Assembly (NCBI RefSeq): GCF_006345805.1
Contig: NC_043001.1
Coordinates: 18,786,001-18,850,000, forward strand
Direction: 5' to 3'
DNA from: Octopus sinensis
Taxonomy: Eukaryota
DNA: 64,000 nucleotides
In this document: positions 26,866-38,340 of the stretch, piece by piece
How positions within the stretch are numbered: the stretch's first letter is position 1
How the letters are laid out: the number at the start of each line of letters is the position of its first letter
The notes under the pieces: model-generated
Database searches by the model: none
What the model was told of the DNA's origin: nothing
What the model saw: the letters and a program-made list of their open reading frames with translations, nothing else
Translations under genes and position numbers: made by a program

Positions 26866-27275
26866 TACTCTCTTTTACTCTTTTACTTGTTTCAGTCATT
26901 TGACTGCGGCCATGCTGGAGCACCGCCTTTAGTCGAGCAAATCGACCCCGGGACTTATTCTTTGTGAGCCCAGTACTTATTCTATCGGTCTCTTTTTGCC
27001 GAACCGCTAAGTGACGGGGACGTAAACACACCAGCATCGGTTGTCAAGCAATGCTAGGGGGACAAACACAGACACACAAACGTATACACACACATATATA
27101 TATACATATATACGACAGGCTTCTTTCAGTTTCCATCTACCAAATCCACTCACAAGGCATTAGTCGGCCCGGGGCTATAGCAGAAGACACTTGCCCAAGA
27201 TGCCACGCAGTGGGACTGAACCCGGAACCATGTGGTTGGTTAGCAAGCTACTTACCACACAGCCACTCCTGCGCC
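26866..27275 (-). mobile_element. SINE-A, full length
   Basis: Reverse match with (tactctt)n-type tail. Confidence 0.92.
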
Positions 27276-27679
27276 TATGCAAGAGTTTTTTTTTTAATGT
27301 AGCATTCAACTCTTCAGTGGTGTTATCAGTTATTATCAGACCCTACTGATGGAGATTTCTTTCTTAGTTTTAAAGAAATCACTTCTAAAGAAGAGATTAG
27401 CTTCCTTCAGTATATGTATATATATTGTGTGCATTCAAGGCAATGATTAGTAATTTATGAAACCGGTATGCTTTTAAATCTCTTTAACAACTAACAATAA
27501 TGATTTTTATTACTTTTATTCCTATCTCAGTTCATCTAATTGTATATATATCTATCGTTACTTTTCATAAGAAACCTTTACTTTTCTTGATTTCCAATGT
27601 GCATTCTCGCTTATTTTTATTCTTACTTTCCCCTTACATTTCCACGTGTAATTTCTATTTTCTTTTTGTAACATATTTC

Positions 27680-27711
<32 letters not shown>

Positions 27712-27812
27712 CAATAATACAGTGATTGTTTCTTATCAGGAACAAAATGTTTAATAAGGAACAAAATGTTTAATAGGACTTCTACAGAAGTGCTCAATTG
27801 AATGAGACAAAA

Positions 27813-28390
27813 ATATCAAACTAAAGTTATAGAACAAACAAATTCAAGGTCATCCAATAACATTTCATAACTCGAACATTTAATCGTAGAAAATACATTT
27901 AGACATCACGGAAGATGGAATCTAATTCATCTGTACAAGCATATAAGAAAGTGCGAGAAAAAATATGTGAATATATGTGAATACAGTTCATCACGGTTAA
28001 AAGTTAATACTTTAGCGATTAAGAAAAAAAAAAATTTTTTTAAAAACCATTACAACACCTAGAAGGTAAGACGTAAAAATATAGTATAAAGTAATATATA
28101 TATATAGGTATATAAAAATACATAGAAAAAAATATACGTCTTACCTTCTAGGTGTTGTAATGGTTTAAAAAAAAAAAATATTTTTCTTAATCGCTAAAGT
28201 ATTAACTTTTAACCGTGATGAACTGTATTCACAAATATTCACACATTTTTTCTCGCACTTTCTTATATGCTTGTACAGATGAATTATATTCCATCTTCCG
28301 TGATGTCTAAATGTATTTTCTATGATTAAATGTTCGAGTTATGAAATGTTATTGGATGACCTTGCATTTGTTTGTTCTATAACTTTAGTT

Positions 28391-28396
<6 letters not shown>
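27813..28396. repeat. Large palindrome: ~263 bp arms and ~60 bp spacer, ending at (TA)n
   Basis: 27813-28075 is the near-perfect reverse complement of 28135-28396. Confidence 0.95.
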
Positions 28397-28426
<30 letters not shown>

Positions 28427-28429
<3 letters not shown>

Positions 28430-28612
28430 AGATCGTTAGCCACTACACACATTCTTCTCTCCTTGTTTCTCTCCTTGTTTTTTCTGTGTCCCTTTCTGTA
28501 GAAGAGTGTAGACTAGAAACGTAAAAGACTTTTTCTATTCCTGAGCGTTATACTAATGCATATGTTTGTTTTGTACACCTGTCTTCGTCTCTTGTTTCTT
28601 TTCGTAAACTCT

Positions 28613-28616
<4 letters not shown>
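28427..28616 (+). mobile_element. (TA)n-flanked ~190 bp element with a degenerate minimal hammerhead-like motif
   Basis: cttt-ctgtaga-agagtgtagacta-gaaa-cgta-aaag at 28492-28527; TA arrays on both sides. Confidence 0.55.
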
Positions 28617-28663
<47 letters not shown>

Positions 28664-30035
28664 TATACAGTGATGGATTGTTGCCCACATAATTTGGCAG
28701 TCCCAAGAAAAGGGAAGAATGGTACTGCTATTTAATCACAAGAAACACCGTTTTTAGTTGCCTACGCAACACAAGCGTTCTGCATCCTTAAGTTTTCAAA
28801 CAAGGGAGATAAACACCTCCACTCGACAAAGCCAGCATCCGGAGACTAATTTCTTGGCAATTGCCCTTCATCAGATTGGAGTTCATTGACCAACAAAATT
28901 AGAAATATTGCAATATTTCTAATTTTATATATATATATGTGTATATGCATGTATGTGCGTGTGAGTGTGTGTGTACATGCATACATATTTCTATGCAATA
29001 TATCTACATATACACGCATGCAAATACATGTATGTACGTACATAGTGACAATATTAAGAGTTTATAACGCTTACACATGTGCCTCGTTTAGATATGCGAA
29101 AGATGATATACGGTATGCTATTTTAGAAAAAATAGAAAGTCTACTGTTTAAATTATAATATACATCGCTTTACCTTATCTTCACACTTATATCATTCCAG
29201 TTAAAGTTTGTTCAGGTGTTAAATATCAAACACTAGTTTTCATTTTTAATGATCTTAAACAGCAAATAATCAAACATGCTGTAATAGTATATCGGATATT
29301 TCTTCCGTTGCACTGGAATCTGTAGTGAAATATCGATTACATCACAGAAGATATTCTTGAGGCAATGATGCAAAATATCATTATACGTGCATGCATACAT
29401 ACATATATATACATATATAATATACACACACACGCCATTGCTTCTTTACCAAACTATTTTGGCGCCCTCCGATTCTTCCCCCCTCTTCCTCCCATCCTCC
29501 TTAATCCCTTCTTTCTCCTTTTCTCTTGGTCACTGATTCTGTCCCCTGCCTTCCACCCTCTTTGATTCCCTCTCTCTCTGTCTCTCTTTCTCTCTCTCTC
29601 CTGCAACCTGCTGCTTCTTAACCATTCTGTTGGCGATCGTATCTCGACCAACATGTGTCCCCTCTACCGAAACGGTAATTATTTCTACGCCAGCTGCTAT
29701 GTTGTTGTTGTTTTTGTCTCATTTGGTCTAAAGTCGTAAGACAACCATCGTTATATTTTGTTTATCCATTACTGTTTTCAATTTCGTTTTCGTCTCTTGT
29801 ATTTACATCCGTCTCGTGCGTTCACATTCCTGTCTTCTACCAAGAAATCTAATGCTTACAGCTTAGTTTTTTTCTTGGGGCTGGCCGAGTTGGAGCAAAT
29901 ATCAGAATTGAACAGCCGAAATTTGCTATGATGATTCGGTGTCTGACTGAAGATTGAAGGCTTCGAATGATTTGTCTGTGTTCCGTGTTCGTCCCTTCCT
30001 GTATTTCACGTTCTTTATATATAAAAACATTTATT

Positions 30036-30075
<40 letters not shown>

Positions 30076-30123
30076 CATACACACTCACATGCAAACATAC
30101 ATACATATATATACGTGTATATG

Positions 30124-30186
<63 letters not shown>

Positions 30187-30231
30187 GTATGTATGTATGT
30201 ATATATATTTATTTATTTAGACACATACATA

Positions 30232-30283
<52 letters not shown>

Positions 30284-31161
30284 TATATACATACACACTC
30301 ACATGCATACATGCATACACAGACATACCTACATATGTGAATATATATATATATATAAAACCATACTCAGGCATGCAACATCAGGCACTTCTCTACACAC
30401 GCTGACACACCATTTCCACACAAACGCACGCACACATACATACACACATACATGTATATTTTCAATTAGAGACATGCAATAATAAGCGCCTACACACACA
30501 CACACACACTATATATATATATACACACATAAACACACCCGTATACAAAGAAACTCAAAAGTATGCAGACCTAGCCATTATATATTTTTGTGAACAATAG
30601 AGTCGTTGGAATAATTGTCTCGTTGGAAGCCCAGAGGCCTTATAGGCTTCCAATGAGTCAATTATTGGTTTACTCCGATGGCAAGTGTAAGGAGGAAGTA
30701 TCTACGTTACGTAGGTGGAATTCATACGTAATGTATTTTTCTTCGAACACATATCTGTACTTTACCACGAACATTTAAACAGATTTAATCCGTTCTCTGG
30801 GCTTCGAAACCAAAGCTACGTATTTGCGAAACGAACTTCTTAACCACAGATCTGTTCCTCTAAGGTATACATAGTACGTACTTGTTATTAAACTGATTGC
30901 TGGTTATCGTCAAAATTGTTAGCACTTACTCAATTCTTGCTAATTTTCATATCAATGTTGCATGTAGTGTAAAAAATGCAACAAGTTCCACCTGATAATG
31001 ATTGTAAAAAATACCATACTTTAGAGAGAAAATGAAACTGGATTTAATAAGGCTTTCTATGATACTTACTTTTAGGTTAAGAAAGAAAGTAAAGAGCGCT
31101 ACTGCAGTTTCTGCGTATGTAACCGATTTACAAAAGTAAATATCCTACTTTTAATTTTGTT

Positions 31162-31546
31162 ATCTCTCTCTGTATAAACGGCAGATTGTCTGTCTGCGTG
31201 TTTGTGTGTCTGTTAGGTTGTACCCTCACCCTGACCACGGCTTTCAACCGATTCTGATGAAACTTGACACACACATAGCCCAATGTCATAATTCAAAACT
31301 AACGCAGCGAAAATTTTGAAAAGTTCCCCCAGTTCTGAAATAAATCGATAAATTCGACATGGGGTCGAGAATCAGAAACACAAACCACAGACTGTCTATG
31401 GTGCGCAACTCGACCTTTTAACTCTAAAAAAAATTTATCATCATTTTTCTTCCATTTTTTTTGCTATTTTTTAGCTATAACTCTCTAAAAATGCTTTATA
31501 GTTATTTCCCTTACAAAACCGAGCAACGCCGGGCGATACTGCTAGT
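31162..31546 (-). mobile_element. HINE-type element with the same 5' end as 17625 and a different 3' half
   Basis: actagcagtatcgcccggcgttgctcgg 5' end; catcagaatcggttga and acagacaatc near the 3' end. Confidence 0.75.
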
Positions 31547-31774
31547 TGAATATAAAACAGTCTTCGCCATTGCGAAGCAATGAGTAAGTCTCTATTAGGT
31601 TGTTGGCCCTGTTAGAGATTACATGAAAGTTTACCGTGTTACATAAAAGAAAGACACACAGGGTAATGCATTCCCTGCTATATAAAAGTATAGGTTTGTC
31701 ACATGTTTGGTTCTAGTTATTTTAGATCAAATGAAATATTGTTTCAACAGTAACAAGACAACTTTTGTGACATA

Positions 31775-34700
31775 GGCGTAGGAGTGGCTGTCTGGTAAGT
31801 AGCTTGCTTACGAACCACATGGTTCTGGGTTCAGTACCACCATGTGGCACCTTGGGCAAGTGTCTTCTACTATAGCCTCGGGCCGACCAAAGCCTTGTGA
31901 GTGGATTTGGTAGACGGAAAGTGAAAGAAGCCCGCGCGGATCGTATCGGCAGGAGGAAGGGTGGAACTGCCATTTTCCTGCATGATTCATTTACGGCAGA
32001 TGGAAATAGTATATTCTCCAATGGCTACTGTGAATCAGTCACCGTGCACAACAAAGCCAATGACCTGACAGTAATTGGGCTCTATAGGCCGCCCCAACAC
32101 CCATACTGTGCTTTAAAGAATGCCTCAACAGCATTAAGTGCTTTATTCAACAGTGCCATTCTAGCAACATACTCATGATGGGAGACTTCAATCTACCCTG
32201 TGTTGACTGGACTACAAACTGTTTGAAACCAAGCACTCCCGCCTCAACCGCTGACAAAGAAGCAGCAGAGTCACTTTTCGACTTTACGAACGAGTTTTTC
32301 TTGTCCCAACTTGTCCTTGCACCAACAAGACATCAGAACATTTTGGACCTAGTGTTTAGTAACCACACTAACACTATACATAACGTTACAGTGGAAAAAA
32401 CCCTTCTTTCAGACCATGACATGGTTCTCTGTAACATGAAATTCCACCAGCCGAAAGCTAATTCTACTGACCTTCCTCCAGCCCACCCATTTGACAACAT
32501 GGATCTCCATAAAGCCAACTGGGATGCAATCAGGAACGAGCTATCAAATGTTGACTGGTCCTTTACACATACACACATCTCCACCAACCATAAAACATCT
32601 TGGCAGATCTTTGTAGACACCGTCACAGACATATGTGCAAAACACTCCCCACCAAGACCTGTGAACAAAAAGTGCAGAATCCCCCAAAACAGAAAAAACA
32701 TTATCAGAAAAATAAAAAGAACAAACAAAAAAATTAACGAACTAAAGTACTGCCAACAGCAACACACACATTCGACGGCTATCGCACTGCTTGAATCCAA
32801 AAAATATAACCTCCAACAATGCATGAAGACCCTCATCAATAACCAAAGATCAGCTGAGGAGAAGTGGGCCATTGAAAAAATCAAACTCAACCCCAAAGTG
32901 TTCTTTTCATTTGCGAGGAAACGCAGGGTCACTGTCTCCACTGTAGGCCCTCTAATTGACGAAACTGGCACTCTCCAAGATAATGCCAAATCCATGGCCG
33001 AGATACTGCAGAAACAATACTGCTCTGTTTTCAGCAATCCTGATATGGCCGATCTGGGCTGTATCAGTGATGTCAACCACCAACACACTATATCGGACAT
33101 AACGTTTAGTGCCCCTGATGTCTTAGCGGCGATAAACGAAATAAAACACAATTCAGCAGTAGGCCCCAATAGGTTCCCTGCTTGTGTCCTGAAGGTGTGT
33201 CGACACCAACTTGCATCTCCCCTTGCTAATCTGTGGTGAAACTCACTGGATGCTGGCTATATTCCAAAAAACCTTCTGTCCCAGTCTGTTGTCCCAGTTT
33301 TCAAAAAGGGAAACAAGTCCCTTGCAGTGAATTACCGTCCGATCTCACTCACCTCTCATATCATCAAGGTATTTGAGAGGGTGGTGAGATCTCGAATAAC
33401 CCAATTTCTGGAAAGCAACAGACGGCTGATCTCCAACCAACATGGGTTCCGTAATGGAAGGGACTGCCTAACGCAGCTCCTGCATCACTTTGAGGACATT
33501 TTGAGAGCTTTGGGAGAGGGCTCCAACACCGATGTCATCTACCTTGATTTCAGTAAGGCCTTCGACAGGGTCGATCACAAGATCCTATTGAAAAAACTAT
33601 CCAACATTGGTGTCTCTGGAAAGTTACTGAAATGGATTAAGTGTTTCCTGACAGACAGATCTCAACATGTTGTAGTTGAAGGGGTAAAATCAAGCCCAGC
33701 CAAAGTCAGTAGTGGCGTTCCGCAAGGCACTGTGCTGGGCCCACTTCTTTTCATCATTTACATTAATGACATTAATGACATCATCAAGCACAGCAACATA
33801 AAAATCTTTGCAGATGACTCCAAGCTACAGAAGGTCATAAATGAGGCGAGTGACCGGACATGCCTTCAGTCAGATCTACTGGCTGTTATCCAATGGGCAG
33901 AAAAAAAACAATATGCTGCTGAACGAGGATAAATTTGAGCTAATCCACTTTGGAAAAGAGGATGCCCTGAAACTCCCATACTCCCTTCCTTCAGGTGAAA
34001 CTCTCGCGGCGTCCAACAACATCAGAGACTTGGGAGTAATTGTGGACAACGACGTAAGCTGGGCCACTCATATAAACACCAAAGTTGACATGGCCCGCAG
34101 AATGTGTTCCTGGATTCTCAGAACTTTCCAGTCGAGAGATATCCACACCATTATCCTTCTCTTCTCCACTTTTGCCCGACCCCACCTTGAATACTGTTGT
34201 CCACTGTGGTCTCCCCACACAATACAAGGTATCGTAAAAGTTAAAGCACCTCAAAGGGCAATCACAAAAAAGATAGATGGCATGACAGGCCTCGACTATT
34301 GGGGTCGGCTAGAAAAGCTAAAACTCTATTCTCTCCAACGTCGTCGTGAGCGCTACATCATCTGCATGATGTGGAAAATATTCCATCAGCATTGCCCAAA
34401 TGATGTTGGCATCACCTTTAAGGTACATCCAAGGCTTGGGCCCCGTGCCATCCGCCCAAAACAAAATCGCACTCTCATCTCATAACAACAATACGGCACA
34501 ATTATTTCACCTCAATTGGCCCCGCTCTCTTTAACATTACACCAAAACACATTAAAACAGAAACTGACCCTATAGGGTTCAAGAAGTCTTTGGACAGATT
34601 CCTTCAAGAAATCCCGGATAAACCCCCTACACCCGGATATGTCTCTGTAAACAATAACTCTCTACTTGAGTGGGCCATAGTGCCCAAATTCTGACTTGAA

Positions 34701-34794
34701 AGACTTCACCAGGTGGTGCTATTAAGTTAGACATGGCCTGGGCCAATAATGGCCGAAACCTATCAAAGTATCAAAGTATATGTGTATATGTATG

Positions 34795-34849
<55 letters not shown>

Positions 34850-35065
34850 GTGTGTGTGTATATGTTTGTGTGTCTGTGTTTGTCCCTCCAACATCGCTTG
34901 ACAACCGATGCTGGTGTGTTTACGTCCCCGTAACTTAGTGGTTCGGCAAAAGATACCGATAGAATAAGTACTAGGCTTACAAAGAATAAGTCCTGGGGGT
35001 CGATTTGCTCGAGTAAAGGCGGTGCTCCAGCATGGCCGCAGTCAAATGACCGAAACAAGTCAAAG
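31775..35065 (+). mobile_element. SINE-A split by a LINE insertion (31775-31934 plus 34777-35065)
   Basis: 5' half ends gaaagaagcccg; 3' half resumes at the TA/TG tract and runs to ggccgcagtcaaatgac. Confidence 0.9.
31935..34776 (+). mobile_element. 5'-truncated CR1-group LINE ORF2 (APE endonuclease plus RT), disrupted
   Basis: GLYRPP, MGDFNLP, SDHDMV (APE); NYRPISLTS, QHGFR, YLDFSKAFDRVDH, GVPQGTVLGP, FADDSKL (RT); stop at 33237 and frameshifts near 32175, 33905 and 34470; (tatcaaag)2 tail. Confidence 0.95.
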
Positions 35066-36301
35066 TGTAAAGGAAAATATTTCGAAATGTTAGGCACGAA
35101 CCTCTGCAACGAAATAAAGGAAAATAAAGGCAGACAAATAACGAGATAATCAGCGTTCATATTATCATTTGTATCTGGAGATGGTAATTGGAGGCGAAAA
35201 GGCATCAAAATACTATGTGACTCATCCATATACAGCTGTGTTCTCGTAATTCAATGCGCTAATATGAAAGGAATGTAATATAATATAATATAATATAATG
35301 TAATATAATATAATATATCATTTTATAATTGGTTTCTTTAAATAATCAGTTTTATTTTATGCTTTAATTTAACGTATAATTGGAAAAGAAATATATAGCG
35401 TGTGATACAAGCAATGATATTTTATTGTGGTTATTTATATATGATAAAATAGAATAAAGTTCAATAACTAATTAAAGAAACATAATTAAAAATCCACTTT
35501 AAATCTGATATTCAATTACACTGTAGTGCAAAGATGTGAAAGGAAAACTGTTTAATCAAAAGGTGAAAGCGTGTTTTCCGTATATTTGTCAATAATAATG
35601 TTGATCTCTTCTCGTTATGTTTATCTATAGAAACCACTGATGCGGGTAAATAGATTCAATTTCCTGACTTTTCGCTCATCAGCGATACACATTAGCACAC
35701 AATCAGCCTGACATATATTTGAGCGACGAGAGAGAAAAAATTCAGTCATATTTTATTGATTGAAGTACTCGAACAGTGTTTATCTTATTACAGATGACGT
35801 CGACAAGATTTGATTCTCAAAGTATAAAGGGTTGCAATTAATCACCTTTTCTTCTATCTCGTCACATAAATTCGTAATTTCATTAATTTTATTTGCTAAC
35901 AATTCTTGAAATAAATTCTGCTGAGATGTTCACAGTTAAAAACATTTTAAACGCAATTTTAAAGGATTAACATATTATCATGACAATTATGCGCCAGAGT
36001 ATCAAACTAACACACCTGATTGTTGTTTATACACCTTTATACTTCGTCTTTTCCTTTTCTGTAAATTTCAACTATATATATATATTCTTATGGTAGAGAT
36101 CTTCTTATGGTAGTGAAATTGTTAGTTTTAAGTGCTATTTCTAAATTTCGGTATGTGGTGAGGCAAATTTTTGCTGAACCTTAATTATAATTATACTCAT
36201 AATTAGAAAAAAACTTTTATGTATAAGAACCGATAATGGTTCTTTTAACATACCGAACTACTTGGTAAAATTATTGATTATTAATTAATTAATTTTACCC
36301 T

Positions 36302-36479
<178 letters not shown>

Positions 36480-36531
36480 TACTAGTAGCCAGCGTGAGTA
36501 AAAATGTCCGTAAACTGCAAATATTATATTA

Positions 36532-36871
36532 TATTATATGTGTGTATAAGAGTTATACACTGAGGGAAAACCACTAAGTGGTTTTCCATCACGCTAGAAA
36601 TGGGAGCTAAATCCCAAACCATTTTGTGGTTAGGGCATTTGGCTCATGATCGTTAGGTCGTAAGTTCAATTCCCGGCGACGCGTTGTGTCCTTGAGCAAG
36701 ACACTTTATTTCACGTTGCTCCAGTCCACTCAACTGGTATAAATGAATAGTACCTGTATTTCAAAGGGCTAGTTTTTTTCCTGGTTTGGGATATAACTGC
36801 CATTTCTAGCGTGATGGAAAACCACTTAGTGACTTTCCCTCAGTGTACAACACTTATGCACACATATAATA
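36532..36871. repeat. ~90 bp inverted arms enclosing a CORE-SINE-like fragment
   Basis: Arms 36532-36621 / 36782-36871; the centre has gtaagttcaattccc and gtgtccttgagcaagacac. Confidence 0.85.
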
Positions 36872-36889
36872 TATGTATGTACGTATGTA

Positions 36890-36988
<99 letters not shown>

Positions 36989-37489
36989 GCAAAATCTCTC
37001 CTACCATTACAATAGCTATGATAATATAATCACTATAAAGATCTTGATCAGGAATAATCCAAATGCAATTATTCCTAATCTGCAGACATGCTGCAGTCTG
37101 CAGTTGAACCAGTTCAGTCGAACGTTTTCCTACCTTAACAGAACAATATCCTGATAATTTATAGAAATATAATTACTGTCTTTAAAGTGAATTATTTTGC
37201 AAAAGTATCCTCAAGGAAATATGCTAAAGAAAAACTCATTCCAAATTGAGAAAAGTAATTACAAATATAATAGATTTGTTTTGTTTTTATACAGTTTAAC
37301 ATATTTTTATTTTACTTGATTTTGATTTGCATAAAATCTATAAATTTACATAAATTCTCTCACGGCTCTCTTCTAATCCACCTTCTACCTTCGGTTAATT
37401 ACTGTGAGCGAACTTACATATCATGGAGTAGAGAGTACTCTTTACACTTACAGTGTACAAAGTTATGAATCTTGTGCAAAATGCCCCTC

Positions 37490-37860
37490 AGCAGGCCTTC
37501 AAGAGTGATTGGCGAGAGAGCAGAGGGCTAATGAAGTTGAGAGGTTCTTTCAGACCATGACAATTTCTCTGGTGTCGATACCACGAGAAAATGCATCCAA
37601 TACGGTCTATGAAGTGATCGGTGATAAGAAGAACATCCACCCGTAGAAACCATTCTAAATTGTAAAGTTTGAACATTTGTCCAAGATGGGAGTGGCTCCC
37701 AATAAAAAGATATGCCTTGGACTGTGGCGCCTTGGACTTATTTCAGGCTGCCCGTGATTGGACCGGTTCAACTAACGCCTGCCTGAACTACAAAGGTTAA
37801 AGGATGATAATAACACCGCCGACGACGGTGATGATGTTGATTATGATGATGATGAGGAGG
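37490..37860 (+). mobile_element. Old degenerate SINE-like element with (GAT)n tail
   Basis: catccacccgtagaaacc motif and gttaaaaggatgat..gatgatgatg end; recall-based. Confidence 0.4.
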
Positions 37861-38059
37861 TCGATGAGAGTAGTGAAATAGAAGCGGAATGGAGATAGAG
37901 AGTAACATATGGTCTTTTTACTAACAATTTTGTTAAAAATTTGGTAGGCACGTTCTCTGAATTTAAAAATAATAACAGCCAGTTCATGATTTACAAATTA
38001 CGGAATTGTTATGATTAGAACGCCCATCACCTAAATTTGTTTTACTACTATTGATCTGG

Positions 38060-38340
38060 GACTACACAACACTAAATTTTACTTGAGCTGACAAGGGAAG
38101 CCCTATGTGCTAGGACGCGATCAGCAGGGTAAAGAATTCAAATTTTTCTCAACCTATCGTCTCGATTTGTTCTTCACATGTTCCGACAGATTTGAACGGC
38201 AATATGCTCATCGCAATTCCATTATTGCATTCGCAGAACGAATTCACTCTTGAGACTATATGTGTTGAGAACACATTCGATTTAGTGACATAAAGAGACC
38301 TTCAGACACCGCTGATTCGACCTCATTATCCCTCTTCAGT
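38060..38340 (-). pseudogene. Heavily decayed mariner transposase remnant
   Basis: Weak HDNARPH..IG*EKF-like remnant. Confidence 0.3.

Noticed and set aside
29840-29990. GC-richer segment with a minus-strand donor (CT|gtaagc)
   Set aside because: Poor acceptor; resembles the repeat near 14940-15090, so it is more likely a decayed element.
32333-33169. 278 aa minus-strand ORF
   Set aside because: Antisense shadow of the LINE ORF2.
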